Source of the DNA: an uncultured Bacilli bacterium
GTDB taxonomy: Bacteria > Bacillota_I > Bacilli_A > RF39 > UBA660
Length of the DNA stretch: 43,022 nt
Direction: 5' to 3'
Assembly: GCA_947627845.1 (NCBI GenBank)
Contig: CANQXQ010000002.1
Coordinates: forward strand, 1 to 43,022
Numbering within the stretch: position 1 is the first letter of the stretch; each line of letters starts with the position of its first letter. A model generated the notes under the pieces. That model made no database searches. It was not told where the DNA came from and worked only from the letters and a program-made list of their open reading frames with translations. A program made the translations under genes and the position numbers. Below are positions 1 through 8,841 of the stretch, piece by piece.

Positions 1-1644
1 TCAGACTGTTGACAAAGAAAAAATTTGTTAATAGTCTTTTTATTTTGGCAAAAATGTATTATAATTAAATTGCGAGTTCACTTATTCTCGACAAATAAGT
101 TATCATAACTCGCTTTTATTATGGAAAGATGTTATAATAAAAGTGTCGAGAATAGGAAGTGACAAAATGATAACGATAAGAAAAGAAATACAAAGTGAAA
201 TCATAATGACTACAATGGAAGACTTAGTCCCAGAGGATAGTTTATTCCGAAAGATAGATAAATATATAGATTTCACTTTTATTTATGAAGAAGTAAAAGA
301 CTTATATTGTGAAGATAATGGAAGACCAAGTATCGATCCAGTTATATTATTTAAATTAGTATTTATACAAGCAATAGAAGGAATAAAATCAATGAGACAA
401 ACCTGCAAGAAAATAAAAGTAGATGCAGAATATAGATGGTTTCTAGGAATACCATTTGGTCAAGATACACCCCATTTTTCAACATTTAGTAAAAATTATG
501 AAAGAAGATTTAAAGGAACAGAAATATTTGAAAACATATTTATAAATATAGTAAAACAAGCCCAGAAATATGGGATGTTAAATGATGAATTCTTTATGGA
601 TTCAACGCATAGGAAAGCAAATGCAAATAAAAATAAATATGAAGATAAAATAGTAAAAGAAATAAAAAAACGAAGACTTGATTTAGAAGAAGAAATAAAT
701 GAAGAAAGAAAAAGAATAGGCAAAAAAGAATTTGAATATAAGAATGAATCCGAAGAAAAACATATAAAAGTAAGTAAGACAGATAAAGAAAGTGGATACT
801 ATCATAGAGATAATAAAGAAAAAGGCTTTATGTATTTAGAACATAGAACAGTAAATGGAAAATGTAATATTATAACAGACTCACACGTAACAAAAGGAAA
901 TATACATGATTCAGTAGTATGTACCGATAGATTAGAATATCAAAAAAATAAATTAAACTTAGAAATAAATAAAGTAGGATTAGATTCAGGATATGATAAC
1001 TATGATATAAAAAAATATTTTGAAGAGAATCAAATATTTGGAGTAATACAATATAGAAGATATGGTCAAGGAGACACAGAAATAAGGAAATGGGAATTTC
1101 AATATTTAAAAGAAGAAGATGTATATATATGCCCAAGAACTGGAGTAGTATTGCCATATAAAAATATAGATAAGAATGGTTATAAACAATATTATGATGG
1201 AAAACAATGTGAAAGATGTCCGTTTAAAAAAGAATGTTGTGGAAAAAATAAATATAGAATAATAAGAAGATTTATAAATGAAGAAGTAAATGAAAAAGCA
1301 AGAGAAAGAAGATTAAGTAAAGAAGGAAAAGAATTATTTAAAAAAAGAAAGACAACAGTAGAAAGAAGTTTTGGAGATTCAAAACAAAATCATGGATATA
1401 GATATACATTGTATAAAGGTGTTGAAAAGAATCAAGCATATACACACCTGATTTGTGCTGCCCAAAATATGAAAAATATAGCAATAAAACAAGAAAAAGT
1501 TAATGGAAAACCATTAACAAGGCTATATTTTATTAAAAATATTACTAATATTATAAAAAAAGCAAAAAATTTTTCAAAAACATTAAATTTGATTCAAAAG
1601 AAAACCCACACATTTTTAAAAGTATGGGTTTGTCTACACTCTGA
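1..1644 (+). mobile_element. IS1182-family insertion sequence; its left end coincides with the window start
   Basis: Imperfect 16-bp terminal inverted repeats: 1-16 TCAGACTGTTGACAAA versus the reverse complement of 1629-1644, TCAGAGTGTAGACAAA (14/16 by hand). They enclose a single transposase ORF. The ORF stop (1666) lies 22 nt beyond the right repeat, so the true right end may be slightly further out. Confidence 0.7.
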
Positions 1645-1666
1645 GGACTTTATAAGTCCTATTTAA
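167..1666 (+). CDS. IS1182-family (IS5-like, DDE) transposase
   Basis: N-terminal LVPEDSLFRKID...RPSIDPVILFKL...EYRWFLGI is the InsH/DUF772-type domain. The C-terminus has CERCPFKKECCG and ERSFGDSKQNHGYRYT motifs typical of IS1182 transposases. ATG 167 follows SD AGGAAG. An extended -10 (TGtTATAAT, 130-138) places the track's GTG 143 upstream of the likely TSS. Confidence 0.85.
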   Translation: MITIRKEIQSEIIMTTMEDLVPEDSLFRKIDKYIDFTFIYEEVKDLYCEDNGRPSIDPVILFKLVFIQAIEGIKSMRQTCKKIKVDAEYRWFLGIPFGQDTPHFSTFSKNYERRFKGTEIFENIFINIVKQAQKYGMLNDEFFMDSTHRKANANKNKYEDKIVKEIKKRRLDLEEEINEERKRIGKKEFEYKNESEEKHIKVSKTDKESGYYHRDNKEKGFMYLEHRTVNGKCNIITDSHVTKGNIHDSVVCTDRLEYQKNKLNLEINKVGLDSGYDNYDIKKYFEENQIFGVIQYRRYGQGDTEIRKWEFQYLKEEDVYICPRTGVVLPYKNIDKNGYKQYYDGKQCERCPFKKECCGKNKYRIIRRFINEEVNEKARERRLSKEGKELFKKRKTTVERSFGDSKQNHGYRYTLYKGVEKNQAYTHLICAAQNMKNIAIKQEKVNGKPLTRLYFIKNITNIIKKAKNFSKTLNLIQKKTHTFLKVWVCLHSEDFISPI

Positions 1667-1698
1667 TTTTGAAAAAAAATTAAGAATTAAACTTTTAA

Positions 1699-1731
1699 TT
1701 GACAAAAAATTTAACTTTCATCATTTATAAT
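1699..1731 (+). promoter_or_regulatory. Candidate spoIIG-type promoter: TTGACA, 21-nt spacer, TATAAT
   Basis: Perfect hexamers at 1699-1704 and 1726-1731, separated by 21 nt rather than 17. It lies immediately upstream of spoIIGA. The very short distance to the start codon is a caveat. Confidence 0.3.
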
Positions 1732-1738
1732 TTAAATA

Positions 1739-2533
1739 GTGATGAAAATGATTATATATATTGATTTATTATTAATTATTAATTTTATCTTTGATCTTTT
1801 ACTTCTATTAACCGTTAATATAACTTTAAAACGCCATACTAAAGTCTATCGTTTGTTATTCAGTAGTGGTTTTGGAAGCCTTACTTTAATTAGTTTATTT
1901 ATACCTCTAAATGCTATTTTAATGATGTTTTTCAAAGCTTTATTAGCTTTAATTATGCTTATCATAGCTTTTGGTTATAAAAATTTAAAATATACTTTCT
2001 ATAATTTATTATATTTTTATATGTGTAGTGTCATTTTAGGAGGCTTTTTATATTTTTTAAAAATAGAATTTCATCTTGATAATAATCTTTATTATCATGG
2101 TATTTCCATTAGTTATATAATTATTTTAATTATTGCTCCGATTATTTTATATGCTTTTATTAAAAGCTTAAAAGTTTTTAAAGAAATCAAGAACTACTAT
2201 TATAAAGTTAATATTATTTTTGCTAATAATTATAGTTTAAAATTAACTGGTTTTTTAGATACCGGTAATAAACTTATCGAACCTTTAACTAATAAACCTA
2301 TCATATTAATTAATAAAAAACTAATTGCAAGTAAAATAAATATACGGAGTCCTATGTATGTTCCGGTAAATACGATAAATTCTCATAGTTTATTAGAGTG
2401 TATTAAACCAAAGCAACTTTTTATTAATAATCAAAAGTTAGATAACTATTTAATTGGTTTATGTGATTATTCTTTTAAATTAAATGGAATTGATTGTTTA
2501 CTTAATTATCAAATATTGGAGGACTTATGTTAA
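1739..2533 (+). CDS. spoIIGA: Sporulation sigma-E processing aspartic protease SpoIIGA
   Basis: Multi-pass hydrophobic N-terminal half plus the GFLDTGN aspartic protease motif. It overlaps the downstream pro-sigma-E gene by 7 nt, as in spoIIG operons. The true start may be ATG 1742 or 1748. Confidence 0.85.
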   Translation: MMKMIIYIDLLLIINFIFDLLLLLTVNITLKRHTKVYRLLFSSGFGSLTLISLFIPLNAILMMFFKALLALIMLIIAFGYKNLKYTFYNLLYFYMCSVILGGFLYFLKIEFHLDNNLYYHGISISYIIILIIAPIILYAFIKSLKVFKEIKNYYYKVNIIFANNYSLKLTGFLDTGNKLIEPLTNKPIILINKKLIASKINIRSPMYVPVNTINSHSLLECIKPKQLFINNQKLDNYLIGLCDYSFKLNGIDCLLNYQILEDLC

Positions 2534-3210
2534 ATAAAATTATTGCTTGGTTAAAAGCCAAATATAACGAATGTTTCTTTGTGGGTGCGACTGATAAATT
2601 ACCACCTCCCTTAAGTGAAGATGAAGAACGAGATGCGGTTATTAAAGCTGGAAAGGGTGATGAAGAAGCCAAAAATAAATTAATTGAACATAACTTACGT
2701 TTAGTAGTTTTTTTAGCTAAAAAATATGAAAATACGGGTTATGATGTAGAAGATTTAGTTAGTATTGGTTCTATTGGTTTAATTAAAGGAATTAATACTT
2801 ATAAGCTAGATAAAAATATTAAATTAGCTACTTATGCATCTCGCTGTATATCTAATGAAATATTAATGTTTTTACGTAAAAATAAAAAAAGAAGAGGGGA
2901 AATAAGTTTTGAAGATGCCCTTAATTATGATGCGGAGGGGAATGAATTACATTTAGAAGATATTTTAGGAACCGAAATAGATTATGTTCCTAATGAATAT
3001 GAACGTATATCAAATAAAGAAATATTAGAAAAAGAGATTGATAGTTTAAATGCTCGCGAAAAAGAAATAATGACTTTACGCTATGGATTAAATAATACTG
3101 AAGAATTTACTCAAAAGGAGGTGGCCGAAAAATTAGGTATATCGCAAAGTTATATTTCTCGTATTGAAAAAAAAGTAATTAAAAGATTAAAACAAATGAT
3201 GAAATTATAA
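2527..3210 (+). CDS. sigE: RNA polymerase sporulation sigma factor E (pro-sigma-E)
   Basis: Pro-sequence followed by the FVGATDKLPPPLSEDEE motif. Sigma-70 regions 2 to 4 are present (IEHNLRLVVFLAKKY, SYISRIEKK). GGAGG SD. Confidence 0.9.
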   Translation: MLNKIIAWLKAKYNECFFVGATDKLPPPLSEDEERDAVIKAGKGDEEAKNKLIEHNLRLVVFLAKKYENTGYDVEDLVSIGSIGLIKGINTYKLDKNIKLATYASRCISNEILMFLRKNKKRRGEISFEDALNYDAEGNELHLEDILGTEIDYVPNEYERISNKEILEKEIDSLNAREKEIMTLRYGLNNTEEFTQKEVAEKLGISQSYISRIEKKVIKRLKQMMKL

Positions 3211-3247
3211 AAAGACTTGAAAGTATTTGCTTCAAGTCTTTTTCTTT
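3211..3247. terminator. Bidirectional intrinsic terminator between sigE and ponA
   Basis: 11-bp stem AAAGACTTGAA / TTCAAGTCTTT with a 9-nt loop, flanked by an A-run and a T-run. Confidence 0.8.
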
Positions 3248-5791
3248 TTATTCTAACATATCATAAATATTTGTATCATAGGAAGAAGAAGCTTTAATCT
3301 CTAATCCCGTACTTTTATTATCTTTAAATAAACTATAACATGTTTTAACTACAAAAGTATAATTTTCATAATAAGAATAAGGTATATAAGAGAATGTTGT
3401 ATCGTAAGTCGAACCTATAAAGGTTAATTCATCATTTTCATCTTTTAAATAAATTTGATAACCTATATCTCCCATATATTTATTATTATAATCTATTCGG
3501 GCATTATAATATTCTTCTCGGTAATCTTCATAAAATTGCCAATATTTATCATTAAACATCTCTTCAATATAACTTTGATTAATAGCATCCGGTGTTTCAA
3601 TTGGATCCCATGAAAGAGTGATTTGATAGCCATCATAAGAATATTTTCCATTAGTTGGATTAGCTAAAGTATCAAATCTCGTCGATACCTCGGCTGGTTC
3701 ATACCCATTTTTATAGTAATCTGTAAGTTTTAAACTAGCAGGAGTATAAGCACTGGCTAATTGTACCGGGTATGTTTCTTTTTCAACAGTCACTGATTTA
3801 ATTCCAGATGGTTTAGTAAATTTTGAATTTGTTTTAAATACTTTAGTTGCAACTGCTTTCATAATAGCTTTACGCGCTGATATACCAGGTGTACTTGTTA
3901 AATAATGTTCTTTGCTTAATTTATCATAACCATACCAAAGAGCAATAGTTGAGTCTGGTGACATCGTTATATTCCAATGGTCTGGGGTTGCATGGGTATC
4001 AACACCTAAAGCTTTAGCTTGAGTACTATCAATAGTTGTTGTTCCACCTTTAGCTCCAAATTCGGTACCACTAATTGTGAAATTACCACCAACATTACTT
4101 TGACCACCACTAATTAACATACTAGTAATTAAATAAGCTGTTTGTTCACTCATAACTCTCGTTTTATTGACTTTATGAACATGAGTTTCATCGGTCTCAA
4201 CATATACTACTTTTGTAAATGAATAAGGTTTAATATAATAACCACCTCGTCCAAAAGCTGCATACGCCGCGGACATACCTAAAGGATTACCACAATCGGC
4301 GGCACCTAAAGCAAAGGCTTCAACTAAATTATCACCATAATCAATACCTAAACTATGAACAAAATCAGCAATTTTATCTAAACCAACTTCGGCGGCCACT
4401 TGTTGAAAAGCTTGAACTGCCGGAATATTTCGTGATTGTACTAAAGCATTACGCATTGTAATAAATCCGACATTATCACGACCAGAGTTATATATCTTTA
4501 CACCATTAGAATATTGCCATGGTCGGTCTAAAAATAGGGTACTAGGGGAACTATTTAAATATTCAATATGGGGACCATAATCAAAAATTATTTTTGCTGT
4601 TGAACCAATTTGTCTTTTAACGCCGGAAACAACTCCATAAGGATTTAAGAAGTCCGGACCTACAGCGCGGTTAAGCCCCGTAGGTACATAATTTCTTCCT
4701 CCCGATAAAGCAGTGATTGAACCATCTTTAGTGCTAGTAATTGCCATTCCAAATTGGACAGTATCATTTGCAAATTTATATAATTTACCGTCTTCTAAAT
4801 CTTCTAATACATCTTGGACCTTTGTATCTAAAGTTGTATAAATAGTCATTGGTACTAAAGAGGGATCATCTCCGGTTTCTTCTTTAACTTGCCATAAAAC
4901 ATAATCAATAAAAGCTTGATATTTATTTGTTTCTTCTTGAGAATGATCAACTAAAAGACTAGATACGGAAACACTTTCGGCAAAATCTCTTTCTTCTTCT
5001 GAAATATAACCATGCCGTACCATTAAATTTAAAACTGTTGATCTTCTTTGCGTTGCTCCCTCGGGATTACGATAAGGATTTAATGTCGAGGGATTATTAA
5101 ACATTCCGACAATTAAAGATGCTTCTGGTAAAGTTAAATCGGAAACAGATTTTCCAAAGAAATATTGACAAGCTTGTTCTACTCCGGTTGTGTCCCCACT
5201 ATAATAACTAGTCCCAGTTCCTAACCACTGACTATTTAAATAAAATTCAATAATCTCTTCTTTGGTATAAACCGCTTCCAGTTTAAATACGGCCATATAA
5301 ATATCTTTGAATTTCCGAATAATACCTTTAATACCCTCGGTTTCATCACCATTAAACTTATTTTTCATAACTTGCATTGATAAAGTTGAAGCTCCACCAG
5401 CATTTTGACCAGCTAATTGACCTAAAGAAGCTTTAAAGAACCGAGCAGCATCAAATCCATTATGTTGGAAGAAACGCGAATCTTCCGTGGCCACTAAAGC
5501 ATCAATTAAAACTTCCGGTAAATCTTCATACTCTATTAATTCAGTATTTTCTTTATTAGCCCCAATTCCAATTCTTGCTATTTCGGTCGTACCATCCGCG
5601 GCTAATAAAACTGTCGCATTTTTATTATATAATTGATTTGGCACAAAATCAGGCGAGGTAACTACAATATATAAAGCAAAAGCTAAAACCACTGAAGCCA
5701 CTACTATACCTCCACTAATAAGTAAAAATAAAATAGCATTCTTTATACTAAATTTTCTTGTTTTTTTAGTTTTTTCTTTCTTAACTTTCAT
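3248..5791 (-). CDS. ponA: Class A penicillin-binding protein (PBP1A-type transglycosylase/transpeptidase) with a C-terminal extension
   Basis: Glycosyltransferase motifs (EDSRFFQHNGFD, RKFKDIYMA). Transpeptidase motifs STAK, SRN and KGGTT. N-terminal TM anchor. ATG at 5791; the track's TTG at 5800 is also possible. It overlaps the 3' end of recU, the classic recU-ponA operon arrangement. Confidence 0.9.
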   Translation of the reverse strand: MKVKKEKTKKTRKFSIKNAILFLLISGGIVVASVVLAFALYIVVTSPDFVPNQLYNKNATVLLAADGTTEIARIGIGANKENTELIEYEDLPEVLIDALVATEDSRFFQHNGFDAARFFKASLGQLAGQNAGGASTLSMQVMKNKFNGDETEGIKGIIRKFKDIYMAVFKLEAVYTKEEIIEFYLNSQWLGTGTSYYSGDTTGVEQACQYFFGKSVSDLTLPEASLIVGMFNNPSTLNPYRNPEGATQRRSTVLNLMVRHGYISEEERDFAESVSVSSLLVDHSQEETNKYQAFIDYVLWQVKEETGDDPSLVPMTIYTTLDTKVQDVLEDLEDGKLYKFANDTVQFGMAITSTKDGSITALSGGRNYVPTGLNRAVGPDFLNPYGVVSGVKRQIGSTAKIIFDYGPHIEYLNSSPSTLFLDRPWQYSNGVKIYNSGRDNVGFITMRNALVQSRNIPAVQAFQQVAAEVGLDKIADFVHSLGIDYGDNLVEAFALGAADCGNPLGMSAAYAAFGRGGYYIKPYSFTKVVYVETDETHVHKVNKTRVMSEQTAYLITSMLISGGQSNVGGNFTISGTEFGAKGGTTTIDSTQAKALGVDTHATPDHWNITMSPDSTIALWYGYDKLSKEHYLTSTPGISARKAIMKAVATKVFKTNSKFTKPSGIKSVTVEKETYPVQLASAYTPASLKLTDYYKNGYEPAEVSTRFDTLANPTNGKYSYDGYQITLSWDPIETPDAINQSYIEEMFNDKYWQFYEDYREEYYNARIDYNNKYMGDIGYQIYLKDENDELTFIGSTYDTTFSYIPYSYYENYTFVVKTCYSLFKDNKSTGLEIKASSSYDTNIYDMLE

Positions 5792-6371
5792 TTTCTTCAA
5801 AATTAATCAACTCCTTATATGCTTTATTAATTCCTGAAATATAATCTATTCCAGAAACATAATTATAATCTAATTTATAACCTTTAGTATCAATAACTTC
5901 AAAAGGAATACTTTTTCTTGTTGTATCTTTAATAAATTCTAATAAGTCTTCTCCTTTAAATAAATAATAATTATCATTCATACTTATCACTAAAAAACAA
6001 ATACCTCCATGTTTAATAATTCGGGCTAAATGTTTTAATTGATGATCATGAATATTTTTAAGGGGAAATGAGGTTTTGCTATGACATTCCTTGGCATCAA
6101 ATTCCACATATTTCCCTAAATATATACCGTTATAATCTAATGTCGATGGTTCTTTAAAATAAGCTTTTTTAATCTGTGCATTATTTGCATAATCAACTTC
6201 GACAATTCCAATCGGAGTAGGTTTTTTATATATAATAGCTATATCTTTTTCTAAATAATAGCTACAAGCATCATTAATCATTGCTTCTAAATCCATCCCA
6301 CGATTTTTATAATTTATAACCGTTTTTTTATATGTCTTATTGACGGAGCCAGGGTACTTCATGTGCTTCAC
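5781..6371 (-). CDS. recU: Holliday junction resolvase RecU
   Basis: Size and sequence resemble RecU (NRGMDLE...IYKKPTPI...DYNGIY.GKYVEFDAKE). Conserved position upstream of ponA. Confidence 0.85.
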   Translation of the reverse strand: MKHMKYPGSVNKTYKKTVINYKNRGMDLEAMINDACSYYLEKDIAIIYKKPTPIGIVEVDYANNAQIKKAYFKEPSTLDYNGIYLGKYVEFDAKECHSKTSFPLKNIHDHQLKHLARIIKHGGICFLVISMNDNYYLFKGEDLLEFIKDTTRKSIPFEVIDTKGYKLDYNYVSGIDYISGINKAYKELINFEENES

Positions 6372-6686
6372 CTTTTATAATTATACTATAAAAGCTCAAT
6401 AATATCTATATATAAGGATGATTTTACTTAAGTTTGACGAAGAATTTAGGATGTTTTGTCATATTAAAAGAGCTTTAATGTTTTTTAAAAAAAGATATGT
6501 TAAGATAATTATGGTGATAATTTGAAAAACGAAATATTAATAAATGATATGATTAAAAATATCAATAAAATAATTTTAGATTTAGCAGTGAATGCTACTT
6601 TTAATAATTTAAAAAATGCCAGTCCTAAAGATTGACATTTTCTTTTTACCAAAATATGCTCTTTTAAAACATTCTAGTTATACCAA

Positions 6687-6716
6687 TTGACAAAATACCC
6701 CAAAAAATTATATAAT
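6687..6716 (+). promoter_or_regulatory. Consensus sigma-A promoter of gpsB
   Basis: TTGACA 6687-6692, 18-nt spacer, TATAAT 6711-6716. The track's TTG start at 6687 is the -35 box itself. Confidence 0.7.
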
Positions 6717-6737
6717 AGTAAACATAAAGGAAGTGAT

Positions 6738-7067
6738 ATGATGTATAGCGATAAGATTTACTTAACACCTCAAGAGATATTAGATAAGGAGTTTAAGATT
6801 GATGCTAGGGGTTATCGTCCACAAGAAGTAGATAAATACCTAGATATGGTTATACGTGATTATACCGAATTTATAAGCATCATAAAAAGAAATGAAAAGG
6901 AAATAAAAGACTTAACTGATGATAATGCTAAACTTAAAGCGGAAATTCGCTCTTTAAGAGAACAACTTGTAGCTAGTGAATCATCAGGAGGAAGTGGTAC
7001 TTCAAATGTTGATTTATTAAAAAGAATAAGTCAATTAGAAAAAGTTGTATTTGGAAAATATGAATAA
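6738..7067 (+). CDS. gpsB: Cell-cycle protein GpsB (DivIVA-domain)
   Basis: ILDKEFKIDARGYRPQEVDKYLD is the DivIVA/GpsB N-terminal motif, followed by a coiled coil. SD AAGGAAGTG precedes ATG 6738. rnpB lies immediately downstream, as I recall for Bacillus. Confidence 0.85.
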   Translation: MMYSDKIYLTPQEILDKEFKIDARGYRPQEVDKYLDMVIRDYTEFISIIKRNEKEIKDLTDDNAKLKAEIRSLREQLVASESSGGSGTSNVDLLKRISQLEKVVFGKYE

Positions 7068-7417
7068 TATCACGACAAATGCTGCATAAATATTATGTAG
7101 AGGAAAGTCCATGCTCACAAAGTCTGCGATTGACTTTAGTGTTCGTGCTTAAGGAAAAAATAACTTAAGGTAGCTTTTAGCTAACGGCAATGAAATATTC
7201 TAAAAGGAAACTCAAGAATAGAGTAGTTATAAAGTGCCATAGTAACGTACAAACTGGAAACGGTGGAAATGGAACGCGGTAAACCCCACGAGTGAGAAAT
7301 CCAAATTTTGGTCGGAGAACTCTTACAAAAGAATTAAATGGCGTAAGGGCCTAGTTTACTAGGAGATAAATATTTGTCGCCCGATAAGGGTTACAGAACA
7401 TGGCTTATGCGATATTA
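7066..7417 (+). ncRNA. rnpB: RNase P RNA, Bacillus-like type B
   Basis: Universal GAGGAAAGTCCATGCTC near the 5' end, and ACAGAACATGGCTTA near the 3' end. P1 pairing of AATATC(AC) at 7066 with GCGATATT at 7409-7416. The stretch is locally GC-enriched and non-coding. Confidence 0.85.
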
Positions 7418-7457
7418 TTTATTTAAAATATTAAAAAATCCAAAGGAGTGAAATATT

Positions 7458-7934
7458 TTGGACAGTATTGGTAGCCTCCTTAAAGAGACGCGAGAATCTT
7501 CAGGAGTTAAGCTAGAAGAAGCAAGTAACGATTTAGATATTAAATCGGAATTTCTTTTAAATATTGAAAATGGCAATATTGGATGTTTTAAAGATATATA
7601 TGAACTTAAGGGTTATCTTTTAAATTATGCTAAATATTTAGGTCTTGATGGTGATAAAATTATTGATGAATTTAATGAATATATGTTTGAATATACTTCT
7701 AAAATTCCCATTAAAGCTATTGAAAAGCAAGCCCAAATTGATGCGAAAGAAGAAACCGGCCGTATAGTAAGTCCTTATACGAAAAAACCTCGGAAATATA
7801 GTAAAAAATATTATATAGGTGTCTATTTAATAATTTTTCTTTTAGTAATATTAGCTATTTTCTGGAGTATTAGACAAATTACTATAGGTAATACCAAAAC
7901 TAATGTCATTAGTTATGTTGAATTTAATAGATAG
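7458..7934 (+). CDS. RodZ-like membrane-anchored HTH protein
   Basis: N-terminal XRE-type HTH, basic linker and one TM segment. It lies upstream of pgsA, like ymfM/rodZ in Bacillus. TTG start follows SD AAAGGAGTG. Confidence 0.6.
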   Translation: MDSIGSLLKETRESSGVKLEEASNDLDIKSEFLLNIENGNIGCFKDIYELKGYLLNYAKYLGLDGDKIIDEFNEYMFEYTSKIPIKAIEKQAQIDAKEETGRIVSPYTKKPRKYSKKYYIGVYLIIFLLVILAIFWSIRQITIGNTKTNVISYVEFNR

Positions 7935-7945
7935 GAAGTAGAATT

Positions 7946-8539
7946 ATGAATTTACCCAATAAACTAACCATAGGAAGAATTATTACGGCGATTATAATAT
8001 TAGTAATGTTAATGGTTCCTTGGTATAATTTAGGAATAGAATTTCCTAGTTTTGTTATTGCTGGCAAAATTGTTGTCGATTTAAAATATATCATTGCCGG
8101 AGTATTATTTATTGCCGCGGCTTTAACTGACTTTTTAGATGGTCATATTGCTCGCAGTCGTAATTTAGTCACGGATTTTGGTAAAGTTATGGATGCTATT
8201 GCCGATAAAGTTTTAGTTAATGGCCTCCTTATTATGTTAGCTTATGACGGCTTTATTAATATTTGTATTCCTGTAATTATTATAACGCGTGATGTTTTTG
8301 TCGATGCTTTTAAAATGGCTAGTGGTAATAAAGGCAAAGTTGTTGCTGCTTCTTTTACCGGCAAAGCTAAAACAATGTGTATGATGATTGGTATGGCTCT
8401 TACAATGTTTTATAATCTTCCTTTTGAACTAATCGGAATAAATGTCGGTTATGCTCTAATTATTATTGCTACTATTCTTTCGGTGGTAAGTGGGGTAGAA
8501 TATTACTTTAATACTAAAGATTCATTTACTCAAAAATAA
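7946..8539 (+). CDS. pgsA: CDP-diacylglycerol--glycerol-3-phosphate 3-phosphatidyltransferase
   Basis: CDP-alcohol phosphatidyltransferase motif DFLDGHIAR...G..MDAIADK. Multi-pass membrane protein. Confidence 0.9.
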   Translation: MNLPNKLTIGRIITAIIILVMLMVPWYNLGIEFPSFVIAGKIVVDLKYIIAGVLFIAAALTDFLDGHIARSRNLVTDFGKVMDAIADKVLVNGLLIMLAYDGFINICIPVIIITRDVFVDAFKMASGNKGKVVAASFTGKAKTMCMMIGMALTMFYNLPFELIGINVGYALIIIATILSVVSGVEYYFNTKDSFTQK

Positions 8540-8541
8540 GC

Positions 8542-8569
8542 AATGAAGTTATCTTCATTTCTTTTTTTT
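8542..8569 (+). terminator. Intrinsic terminator after pgsA
   Basis: Stem AATGAAG / CTTCATT with loop TTAT, followed by TCTTTTTTTT. Confidence 0.75.
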
Positions 8570-8598
8570 ATATGTCATAAAATTAGGTAGGTGATTTT

Positions 8599-8841
8599 AT
8601 GCGTATTGTCAAAAATCTCTCTAATTTTTTAAAAGATCAAGAGTATTATATAGATATCTTTAATAATTATTTACATGTCTATTCCTATTTAGATTTAATC
8701 TCTTTAAGTTCTAAATTAATTGAGCTTAAAATGCCAGATTTTAACTTAATAATTGAGGGGGAAAATTTAATTATTACGGAAATGGACAAACAAGAATTAT
8801 TAATTAAAGGTCTAATAACTAATGTGGGGTTTAAAAGATGA
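8599..8841 (+). CDS. yqfC: Sporulation protein YqfC
   Basis: About 80 aa. The pattern P.F.L.IEGENL.I and its position directly upstream of yqfD (ATGA overlap) both fit. Confidence 0.7.
   Translation: MRIVKNLSNFLKDQEYYIDIFNNYLHVYSYLDLISLSSKLIELKMPDFNLIIEGENLIITEMDKQELLIKGLITNVGFKR

Noticed and set aside
496-1157. Two minus-strand ORFs (496-723, 870-1157) inside the transposase gene
   Set aside because: They are antisense to a well-supported transposase. Their composition is low-complexity Leu/Ile/Phe-rich, typical of the reverse frame of AT-rich Lys/Glu-rich coding sequence. No SD.
6495-6640. Possible remnant of ypsA in the 315-bp recU-gpsB intergenic region (open frame ...LKNEILINDMIKNINKIILDLAVNATFNNLKNASPKD)
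   Set aside because: ypsA-gpsB synteny is known in Firmicutes, and the segment IKN.NK.IL.L vaguely resembles the YpsA region IKKAIKNRLIAFL. However the frame is only about 40 codons, has no SD, and the similarity is within what AT-rich sequence yields by chance. A tblastn or profile search would be needed.
8553-8583. Sigma-E-type promoter (CATAAAAT as -10, TCATTT as -35) upstream of yqfC
   Set aside because: The predicted TSS would fall inside or after the yqfC Shine-Dalgarno sequence (8586-8594). Such AT-rich near-matches are frequent here.
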